From contig OZ241827.1 of NCBI GenBank assembly GCA_965202585.1, positions 50,282,001-50,346,000 on the forward strand: 64,000 bases of DNA, in the 5' to 3' direction. The notes under the pieces are model-generated. The model ran no database searches and had not been told where the DNA came from. It worked only from the letters and a program-made list of their open reading frames with translations. This stretch comes from Thalia democratica (Eukaryota). The translations under genes were made by a program, and so were the position numbers. Each line of letters opens with the position of its first letter. Positions within the stretch are counted from its first letter, which is position 1. This document shows positions 41,301 to 53,300 of the stretch, one piece after another.

Positions 41301-44300
41301 AAAAACATTCATATCAACAGCTTTTAAGCGTGTTTCGCGGCATAATGTAAAGTGATCACCAAACATACGACCGCTCTCGCGACGGCAGATGCTCATTAAA
41401 ACACACCTTTTTGTGACGTAACACCACTATGATCGGCTGTTTCAGGCTGACTGTCCCTGGACCGGCGGCCAGAGAAATATCGACGACGTCAGAGTCGACC
41501 CGCCACTTGCTCTTTTCGTCATTTGCGGTGAGGAAAAAGTCCCCAAAATGCTTCATTACTATTGTGCTTAGTCGTGGATAATCTGAAAGTAGCATATTAA
41601 ATAAGTAGTGTTAATAATAAAAAGGTAAAAATAGGTATGAAAACATTTTTTTATGAATGACACGTGTAAAATTAGTAATCGGAGCTTGAAATTTACGATT
41701 TCAAACAAACTTTTAAAACGGGCGATTATTGCTTTATTTTGAGATGGAAATGTGAATGAAACTTCGTTGTCTTGGAAACTGTGGTTGCTATAAAGTTGAT
41801 AGTAGTACGGTTTCGAGTAATCGTAGGACTGCACCCGTGTTATAAGGTTGTTTTCGACTATTTCAAACCCGCCTGCAGTACAATTAAAGTTTTTGATCAA
41901 AGTTTAGTATACATATTAATTGAAAACGTTTTTTTATCATAAGGCGGGTATCATTCGTTTGCACAAACTTTAAAAAGCTTAAGTTTTTATGTTTTACTTG
42001 TAAACAACTAAATTCTAAACCATAAGTTACTAAAGTTAAATCAAAAAAGTTAGATAATGCTTATCAAAAACTCTTAACTAAATTCAGATTTATAAAAACA
42101 TTCACAAAAAAATTATTTAACTTTCAACACTGATAATAAAAATACATAATATTTAAACAAAAAATTTAAAAGACAAAAAAAAAAACAGAGCTTAAAGTAA
42201 ACAAACCAAGTCGATCTATCAACACAGCACTGTGCAGAATTAATTTGATTGAGTCAGTTATTTCATTGAAAAACTTGCATCGATTTTGCAATGAGGTCAT
42301 TGAGATAGTTTGCAAGCTTGATTTGCTTGTTAGAGCGTTGAGTGCCTCAATAAGCGTCTGCAAACAAACAGTTTGATACTTTTGATGAAAGAAAACAGAA
42401 GAAAACAACTATAAAAGTTCAAAGCATTTCTAATACAAGCTTATACTTTAAGCGATTAGTCATGATACACTTTATAAAAATTCTAAATTATGAATGAGCT
42501 TAACTTTATTTGTACAGTAGTTTCTACCAAATTTTTTTTTCAATAGTACAAGCTATAAAACTATAACAATATGACTATAAGAAATATATTTAGAATTTGT
42601 AACTTATTAAACGGAAGCATACTTTTGTTTAATAAACACAAACAGCGTTGTTTTTGTTGATCAGTAAATCCTTGACGCAGAATGCCAAGTCACATTTGAA
42701 CCTCCTGCTTAATGCGATTACAGCTGAGAAAGAAAATAATGTCTTTTTCGCAAGCAAGCAAGGCGATGAAAACTTTTCTTACAGTTGCTTGAAACTTTAT
42801 TTCCATCAACCGACATGAGTCTTTGATTATCCGGACTATTTTAGTCGTAAATCCCGCTAAGTCGCTTTTTGAAGTCGATTCATTGAAAGCTGCCGGCTGC
42901 TAACAAGAAAGAAGCCTCCCGCTGTGAATCAAAGCAGAATGGTAGCTTCGTAAAAAAACAATGTTCGCAACATTTCAATTCAGAGGCGATAACAAGCCGT
43001 CGGCATATGCTGAGAGCATTTTGAAGTTTTTCGCGATAAGCCTATCAAGCACGAGCCACTAGCTTTAATTATAAACTTCAAAACTTTTTCTTTTTATTTT
43101 TCCAAAGCAAATATTTGTTAACTAGCGTGTCTTTGGCCTGAAGTTTAAGTTAGAAAACTCGGAGATAGAATCAGTCGCTTGGCCACGCCTAAAAAAACGG
43201 TCTAAAACTAGTTTATCACGACATACAGAAAATTTAGCCAAATAATAGTAACTTCATGTGTTTCTTGTGTACAAATCAAATTTTGAACTTTTTCTAAATT
43301 TTGATTCTAACAAATTTAATTGCATAAAGCTTTGTGCTTTATGTGAATCGAAGCAACAGTTCAAAATGTTTTTAGCCAAAAAAAAAACAACAACAACAAC
43401 GATGAAACTGACACAACTTCATTGTGTGTCAGCCACCCTCAAACTCGTTCATACTCAATCTCAATTTGTGTACACAAGCGCGACATGAAGAAGCAAGCAG
43501 CCGCAAGTCCGCTTGAGATGATAAATAGCGGGCGAGAGTCGTGGCGCCGTTGCGAGGGTTATTAGGTGGCATGGCAACGAGCGCGCCGTAGAAACGAAAG
43601 CCTCACGACCCTCGTTGACTTCATTAACCCCTGCCGGAGCGAACTTTGATATTTCGTGATAATTGCTGCTTGCCTCCACTTTCCTTTTTTATCGCAACTT
43701 GAATTTGAGAGTTGTTGCTTTCTGCAGTCTGCACATTGTGTGTATCTGCAGCGTTATTGTGCTCTTGCCCACACAAGAAGCTCGTCTGCGGCCTCATTGC
43801 GTTCGCTTACAAATTACAGCGGCGTAATTACCTTTATTTGCTTCTGTTTACGCGAAAGAAAGCTCAGCGGTCGCTCGAAACGCTCACACGTACAACGCTC
43901 ATGTAATTGAACCCAAGCAGACTGTACTGATATTTCAGGTTTGCAAATATTGCCTTTTGCGGTGCGCCAAACGCGAGATTAGTTGCTGAAGGTTTAGGCT
44001 AAGTTTGTTGGTATTATCTTGACCTGCACAACCCACTAAAAAGCGCTTGTAGGAGGTTTGTTTACTGTTTAAACTTAATCTCTTAATCCATTAATGTTAG
44101 ACTTTTATCATTAAAGTCTATTTTTAACAATAGAAAGTTTTGTTTACTTATATATTGAGAAAAATGTCCACAATTAAAGTATTTTTAAATCACTTAAAAT
44201 GATTATTGACACTAAAACATGCTTAGTTGCGGGTATTAACAACCTAAAAATTTAAACATATACATACTTTTTTTAAAACAATTAATGTATTGTTTTGAAA

Positions 44301-47300
44301 ACGTTTGATTGCTATAAGTAAAAAAATATTTATCAAACACTGGTTAACACTTGGTATGAGCTTAGTTTCACTGTTTACTTTGACTGAAACGATTTTATCT
44401 ATAACAATTAACACTTAAAAATGTTAAGCCTTTGACCTTTTCAATCTGTACTAAACCATATGTAGTGAAAGAAAGCCGTCTGCAAGACAAAGGAAACGAT
44501 TGTGAGTGACTTGAAAACCAATGTCATCGAGCCAAACCGTTAAATCGCCAGCAAAGGTTACGATATAAAAGCGAAAGCAACATTTCTAGTGCTAAAAAAA
44601 CATTTACAAACAAACAAGTTGCAAGCGGAAAATTTGACAACTGTAAACATACATAAATCAGCGGTTGAAATTGCTTCGTGCATGATCTCGATTCAAACTC
44701 TTTCAAATTCTGTCACCGATGAGCGCAAATTGCTTTAGAAAAAACTCATCTCATTAATTCAGCATAAAGAGCGGCACCGACCGAAAAGCGATCGCACATC
44801 TGCTCGCTCGCACCCTGATTATGACGTCATACGCACCTATTTACCACCTTGCTTGCGCGCTCACGCGTTTAACGCCCCAGCTGCCCGGGATTGAAATTGG
44901 ACGCCCCTAATGTTATCAATGAAAACACGGCTTAGCTGCTCTCTCAATGGTCAGGGAAGAAAAAGCAAAAGCAAGAAGTCTTTCGAGGCATTTAAATCCG
45001 AGCCAAGCGGGCTGACAGCACGTACTTTATACAGCCTCGGCAGCGTTAGTCAGCGAAGTAAAGCTCACACAAATCAAATATTGTTTTCGCATAAACATAA
45101 ATATATCGTTATACGGCTTAAAACCTTAAGAAAACAAACAGTTTTCAACAAAAGTTTTTTTTTCATTCTCGTCAAAGACATACCTTTATGAACGTCTCAC
45201 ACAAACAACCGTGGCTGCCGACTATCTTTTAGGGAGATCTGCTCTTGTGTTCTTGTTGATTTTGAATTTCAATTTAACTTTGTTTACTTTGCCCGTCATA
45301 ATGAAACCTTTGAGTTTGCTGATGCGAAAGATAACCGCCTGGTTATTAATTTTTGAACACTTTTATATGAAAACGTGCTCACCGCGCACCTAGTTTCTTT
45401 GCTTTGCCTTATTTTTTTAATCTGCTGCTTTCATCGTTTTCGTTCACATACGCTTACATGTTACAAAGCTTTCTTTTTATTGAGTCTGGAAAGAAACTAT
45501 TATAGTGCAGGTGTCCTTTGAAAACAAAGAAAAATATGTTTGAAACGATCAAAGTGTGTGTTTTATTGGCTGTGAATAAATTGTGTTAAAACGATAGGTA
45601 AGGAATCAAACTTATTAGAAATTTTTGGTATTTATAGTTCATGACATAAAGTTATACGATTTTTTCATATACAAAAACATAGTATTTGTTGTGAAAAAAG
45701 GTTTTTCGCTTAAATTTTCTGTTTTGGTTAAAACAAAAAACATGTTTATTTATCATAAAATTTAGTAATGAAAATATACTAAAACTATTTTTTGTTTATA
45801 GCTGGTAAAATATATCAAACTTGCAAAGGTGTTGATTATGGCGTTATACCAAGGTGTTTCTGCTCTGATCCAAAGTTTAAAACCTTAACTGTAGATCAAA
45901 ATCAGAACACCTTGGTAAAAACGCATATCGTTTTAATTCAACTTAATTTAGTTGCTTAAAAATAGAGCTTCTTTATAATAATATATCGCTAAAACATAAT
46001 TCATACTAAAAACTAACTATAGTTTAAACTATTAATGCAATAACTATTAATATATCTTTTTTTATGTTTTACGAGCTACTCAGTTTCAATTAAACCTTTA
46101 TCTCTTTTTAGAGCAATAGTTTTAAAATCTTTATCAGTACAGAAACAGTTAAGTTTATGTTTATGTTTTCAAGTATGTGAACTATTTAAAACATTTACTA
46201 CAAAAAAATCACCTAGAGTTGTGCAAAAGTAGGTATAAACTCGAAAGACTAACTTTGGCAAGCTTCATAGAGACGCTTTTACTACTTTTAATAAAGTTGA
46301 AAACAGCTGTTGCTGACTGCATGGTACTTGACTTATCGTTTTCTTTAATTTTTTCCTCTAAAGCTGCCGGAAAGAACTCAACTGCAGTTGCATCTCCTGT
46401 TATGAAAACAAAAACAACTGTAAAAATTTCAAAAATGTCTGAAAAAAAAGAAATAATGTGACATGTCAAAAAAGACGCATACAAACTGTCTTGTGTTACC
46501 AACCTTCGTTCATTCTTTCTATGACGTAGGCGAGTGACGAATAGCACTGCGAAACATCCGGTCCCTCACTCTGCCACCTTCCTTCACCTGTCTTGACGTC
46601 GTCTTTGCACTCCCAGTAGGCTGAAGTTTATAAAAAATGTAATAAAACAAGTAGAAGTGTTTTAATTTAAAGAACATAAAAACTTTTGAATAAAATTGAG
46701 TAGATATGACAAGATATGACAAATTAAGCTTTTAGAAAAGTTTCAAGTTTTATTAACAACAGCACAAATCGGTTCATTTTTGAAAAAATGTTTGTGCAGT
46801 AAATAGTAAAAAACGAAATGTCTCATTGTTCGAACTTGATTAATTGAGACAATCTATCACCCAAATTAGCTGACATATTTTACATGTTTCTGCTGCCCTG
46901 ATTTCACTGTTCTCAATGCCATACTTATGTTGCATCATAAAAGCAACGAATTTTACGGCAAATGACCAACGCGGAGCCTTATTTATTATTCAATACCGCT
47001 CTCACAGGCAATAAAGGCAATAAAAAGTCGTGTGAAAGCAAAGTGGTATTAAACGCACCTCACGGCTGTTATGTCGAAATAAAGGAGTCAAACATATGTA
47101 AAAGCTTATGATTTATGTTATATCGTACTTTATTGCCGAAAAAATAACGTTCTGATGTTTTGAACAGCAATTTATACTATGAGGGGAGTTAGTTATAAAA
47201 CGGCGGGTCGATTTAGTAAAAATGAGTAAAATTTAAGCTTAAACTTTTGTTTTTAACAATGAACTAAACTTTATTGATTGAATATTTCAAGTCTAAATGT

Positions 47301-50300
47301 TTTTCTACTTTTTGTAGTGATAAATGGGCGTGTTTTCTTGAAACTTGAGTTCAATCAAAGAGATAAGAAACAGACTAAATTAACTTTCTTTTTTTTCAAA
47401 AACTTGTCTAAGTTTTTAAGTGATCAAAGCACTATTTATGTATCGCTTTTACATTTAAAGAAAATAGTTTGGTTCTGTATTTTTTAACGGTCCTACCTGT
47501 TTTAGATCCACAACTGACTTTCGCACTGTTATTGTTTTCTGTTTCTGGAAAAAGTAAACCTTTTCTAAATTGCTCGGGACAAGTCGATTGCTGGGCTTTT
47601 GGAAACCGAGTTGTCGGCTTAGTTGTACTTGGTACTGGTTTTTCTAAAAGTTTCATAAAAGTACTTAAAATGTTTATTGTCTAAGCATAAAAAGCAATGC
47701 TTGTTTTTTTTTAATGTTTAATAACAATACTTTTATATGCAACTTAAATAAAATATTATAGATATTTCTATAACTACTCTTACTTGTATTTTTTTTACAA
47801 TACTGAAACTTTTTAACACTTGTTAACAAACGAAGCCTTTTAAGGAATTTTTGAACTTGTATATAAAGTAATTTCTTGTTATAAAAGTTTATTATTAAAA
47901 AATTTCTACCAAAAAACCTGTTTTAGGGTCATCTTGCGAGAACAATAGTTGAAAGTAAACTGGTTGTCCTTGGGACCAGCCATACAGCAACCTGTCCATG
48001 GCGTCGTAGTGGACGTTTGTGGCGTTCGAAAAGAGGTTTTGCGGATCTTTTAATGACGCGAACTGTGACATCACATCTGTGTGAGTGTCGTAAGTGATTG
48101 TTAACGAAGGAGTCAACACATACATGACGCCGCAAATGACGATTCTACTGGAAGATGCTGCAGTTATTTTCGTTTTCCACCGTTGCTGTGGTTCATACAA
48201 GTGTTATCGCAATGCTTTTATGAATGGATTTTATTAAAATATGCTTTTAAAACTATAACAAGCTCAAGTTTTAAACACTAAAGGATTTTCTTTTGTTTAT
48301 TCAATGTACACAAGTAAAGGTTGTGTAAATATTTATGTTATCAGTTATTTTGATTAATTATTTTCACACCGTTTTTTGAATTTATAACACCTTTGATAAA
48401 TTAATGTTCGGGTAAATTGCTTGATTGATAAATAATCGGTGTTTGTACAGCAAAACATAGTTTTGATCTATTAATGTTTAAGCTAGTATACTATGAAGCA
48501 TAATTTATTGATTTGTTTTACTATTTTATTTTATTTTTTAAAGTTGTTGTTTACACAATTTGAAAAAGTTTACCCGAAAAAGTTGTTACTAGTCTGCTAA
48601 ATGTTTCTTAATATTTTTTCAATAAAGTAGATTTATTTTAATAGTATTTAACTTATAAAGCGTGCGTTTATAGTTTGCTTAATATAATTCATGATAGATT
48701 AGTTAAAAAAGCATTAATATTATGAAATTATTTTAATGCAAGTTTCTTATAAAACAGTTATACGTGCCACATCTAAAGTCATAATTCTATTTCGTGTTAT
48801 ATTTTAAGTTACTCAACCGATTGACTCGCTTTATAAAAACATCTAAAAGCTTTTTATAACTCTTTTTTGTACTTTTTAAATGTTTCTGTTTAAGTTTTAA
48901 TCATAGACCTTTTAAATAAACACCAAGTTTTCTTTAATCGGATTTTTAATTTCTAGAGCTGATATTTTCATACCATCCACTTAAAGCCCTAATTGTATAG
49001 CGCTTCCGACTTTATCTTGATATCAGTAAAACAAATTTTTAAAAGGTCGTTTATTGCTAACCTTCTTAAAGACTTATGAGTAAATAAAAATACAAAGAAC
49101 AGCATTTGCACCTAAAAGCCAATATATAGCTGCATCCGATAACAATCAAACTTTAATAATTTATTTAAAATGTAGACGGCCTTATGAAAGTCAAGTTTTT
49201 AGAATTAAGTTAAGCAACGAAGTAAAGTAACTGCTAAGCACTTTTAATCGTTGACATTTGGTAAAATTTAATCTTCTGAGGTCTCTGAATTATAAATAAT
49301 ATTAAAGAAAATTATTGTTTAAAAATCGAATAATGGACGCTTTTCGTATTAAATATGCATAACTAATACCGTTTAATTTATTTTAGCAGGGGATAAAGTC
49401 GCATTATTCTAATTAAATCGATTCGAGTAAATATATTGTTTTTATTTTCACTGGCTTTGGTTCAGCACAATTTTTTGGATCAAGTTTATAGTTAAGAATA
49501 ATTCGTTAGATGCAGTTTTTTATATATTCTCTGTTTATTTTTGCTGTTTTAGCTTTTATTATAAAACAATTAGTTCAAAATAAACTCATTGTGATAGATT
49601 GTATTGACAAATTCACGTATACGTAAAAACAATTTTTAATATGTTATTAAAATTTTAAATTGAACCAAGATAAGATCTAAAACAGAAAAGGTGATTAATA
49701 GATGTTTGAGTGTTTTTAAAAACTAAGCTATACATTTTTTTAAGTCTTGATTTTCTAAAACTTTATTTTACTTTGATACGCTTGAACAAGTATTTAAAAG
49801 AAAATTTAAAAAAGTCAAACCAAGTGAAAAAGTAAAAAACAAACAGTGCAACGTTTCTCTTTTAAACTATCGATTATTATGATTACTTGTTTGAAAGCGG
49901 CAAAAAACAAATCATTTCCAATAAACTCATGCATGCGATTGTTTATCGCATCAGAAAGGTGCAAACGCGTTCACAACAAACTGAAAACTTAATCTAACCT
50001 CGACCGTCAGGTCTTGGTTGAGCTTGACAATGGTGATTTCCCCATCTCGCAAACGGTACGTCATCCACAGTCCATCTTCGTCGCTGGACAATTGCGCGTC
50101 GTGGACTTCTTGTTTGCGCGGCTCGAACTTGTCGTTGTAGCCGAACGGCTGCTTGAAGAGCAGCTTATACTTTGCCACGGCTTTGCGGGCAGACTTTAGA
50201 AAAAAAAATGTTGATGATTTGTGCTGTTTATACTTTTTTAATAAAAACACTACAAAAACTATAAAAATAATATTTTAATAAAAAAATTCGTATATTAATA

Positions 50301-53300
50301 TTAAACATTAACCTGTTTTTTTCTATAATTATTTTAACAAAACTCACCATGTAGTAGAAAAGGTACCCGTCGTACACCGTCATCTCGGAAGACTTGAGGG
50401 GGATCTGCAGATCGTTGTTCTCGCAATCACCGTTCAGAAACGCTTGCTCCGTGACGCAGTTCTGTAAAACAATCAGCGGTTGAATGACAAATAATTGGCA
50501 AGGCGGCTCGCAGCTGCGCGCACTTCAAATACACACGTCGATGGCGAAATTCTTGTTAGTGTTGACTGTTGCATGTCGAAGGTGTTTTGTTTGTTTACGT
50601 GCTTTTCGAGCGCTTGTTCGGGTCGCGAGCTGTGTTTGTGAAAGGTTGCCGCGATGAAATCTAAAAATACCCGTCAGATTTTCAAATTGCGAATGCTCGC
50701 TCTCTTTTTGTCTTTCAAACGCGTCGCATGTGTGTGTGCGACCAATTTAAAACGGCGGATTAATATTTCACACCCTCGCACTTATCTCAGTGAGCGCGCG
50801 AGTGCTGAAAAACAAAAAGGGATTTTGCGCGCAGTTCAAATGCTCGCTCGCTTCCTACACACAGCACAACTACTGTGTAAGTGAGTGATGTTCAATGAAT
50901 TATTCACAACATTCCGTTTGAAGCTTTGACACGAAACAAAACAGCTGTCCGCTTTTATTTCAATTCTCGCATGACAAAGCGACGCCGCTGTCTAATATTC
51001 TCTTTTAAGTTTTTTTTTTCTCAATGACAACTAACCTTGATGAAAGGCTGCGAATCGTGGTGGTGGTAGATGTGCGTCTTCTTTTTTTGCGGGTCCTTAC
51101 TCCACCACCCGTTGACGGACCCAAACGAGCTGCTGTCCAGAGTCACCATGTTTCTGATGCCAGACAGCGTACCGGGACACTCGAAAACTGTGAGTGTACA
51201 ATATTTTTTGATCAATCGATTGTATTGATGTTAACTCAAAAAATTGTATGTAAGTTTGCAAGCAAAACTGTTAACTTAATTTGACTTATAATAAATTTCT
51301 TTAAATTACTTTTATGAAATGGATTTATTCAGAATTAAGCACTGCTAAATATAACATTTAATTTTATTATAACTAAAATCGATCGAGATAGATTAAAAAA
51401 CGTTTTTTAACTCCTTACATTTCAAGTTTTATCTTTTCATTTCGCGTTCAGCTGGAACAATAAAATAATGACTAATAAAACTTTCTCTGAGCAAACTCGA
51501 CACGAATAAAAACAAACTCGACGAGTTAACTCGCGTAGAGAGCAAAAAACTAGTTTGACATTTAGTTTTCGAGTCAACACGCTTGTGCGCGGTGACAGCA
51601 GCTAAAAATAACCGATCACATGTCAACTCGACTCACCGTGCGAAACGCACTCGTACGCGATCCTCAGGTACTTGTAGGTTTCCGGGCAGGGGTCCACGTC
51701 GAAAAAGTCCCGGTCCGCCCTGAAGGTGTAGCTCGTTTGGTTCTTCGCGCTGTAAATAATTAAAAACTGTTAGATTTTTAATACTACAAAACTAAAAAAA
51801 AAGTTTAAAAGCTTAGTTTTTGTGGTTGTATTGAAGTGTTGCTTTATATTTAGGGTTTTCAGCAAGCTTGTTTGGTTTCGCTTAACGCTTGATCGAGCAC
51901 CGGCAAATACAAACAAAACTCTCCAAAACGAACTAATGAGACGTGAGGCTGTTGGCCTTTTAATTATTGCCAGCGCCGACTTGAAAACATGCGAAAAACA
52001 GCTCGTTTTTAACACGTTGCAACTGCTGGCAACAAAGCAAAAAAGTTGAACGCGAAGCGCCTCTTTTTGAGATTATTTAAAGTTTAAAGGCCGCTCGATC
52101 CCCGCAGCTATTTTCACGCTCCAGTGCACATGATTGGGCCGCAGTTTCAAGTTGACCTGACGAACACGAAACCGAACTCGATTGAGACAGACGAGGACGT
52201 CACGGTCCCGTGTTTTTTGCAAAAAGAGTTCGCAATTGATTGCACTTTACCTGCCTATTGATCTTTATTACCTTTCCAACAGAGCCTACCCGAGGCCATG
52301 ATATCATCTTTTGGTTTTTGTTGGCAGCAACGGCGATTTCAAAGATGAGAAAAAGGTCACAGTTTGCCAGTGCGCCAAAAAAAAACTATCAAAGTAAGTT
52401 TCATATCACCCGTTTTGTTCACTTCAAATTTGTTGATGTCCATTACAAACGAACCGTTACAACGGCATTAATTATGATGCACAAGAAAGTTTACGCGGGT
52501 TTACCGTGATTGGTAAGTGAAGGATTTGTCGATATGCGCCCGCAATACACATAATGGCTGTCAGCCTTTCTGGCTCGAATTATTAGCTCGAATATGGAAA
52601 TTTTTGACGACCGTGAGATTGAATCTTAACCTGGGTTGTCATTCGCGTCACGCTATTCACTGTGAAAAGCGTATTGCCGCAAAAGTTTTTTTATTCCCAA
52701 CGTCAGACTGAAATCCTGTTTCTTAAATGATAAAGAAACTCAAAGGTCAAATATGGCTTCAGATAAGCTTTGGCTAACAATTTTTTATAGTTATTTGGTG
52801 GCTACATTGATACATGCGTTAATTAATAACTAACTTGCTGTTGAAAATAGTACTCGAAGTGCTTCGATGCACGTAAACTTACTTAAGCTTCTTTGATGTT
52901 CGCGTTTGCACTTTGATGGTTGTTGCAATCTTGTTTCGAACAAGAAACAGGCACAAACAGGATTTAGTAATCAGAGTTTAGATTACTCATTATTTGCTAA
53001 GGCTAATTTTAATGTTGCTCTTTTTAAAGTTTTTTTGGTAAAGGTCAAATTTTTCATTGCTTTGCTGATTTTTTAAGATTATTTTTACTCGATTCGCTAA
53101 GGCTCATCAACGATTAGCCTGTTAAAAATGCCACAACAGTTTGAATTTAATTTCTTAAAATTCTCAAACCTTTTTTTTTTGCAAGCGTTAAAGAAAGGTT
53201 AGTTAGATAATAAGTTTTTGGTATTTAAAAGTTATATTTGAAAATGTAAAGACTTATGTATTCAACCGCCAATCTTTCCAAAGTATTTTTTTTGTTGTTT

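Noticed and set aside
43461-43910. Cys-rich short ORFs on both strands; possible nested gene
   Set aside because: No domain signature, signal peptide or consistent exon chain; expected by chance in a GC island.
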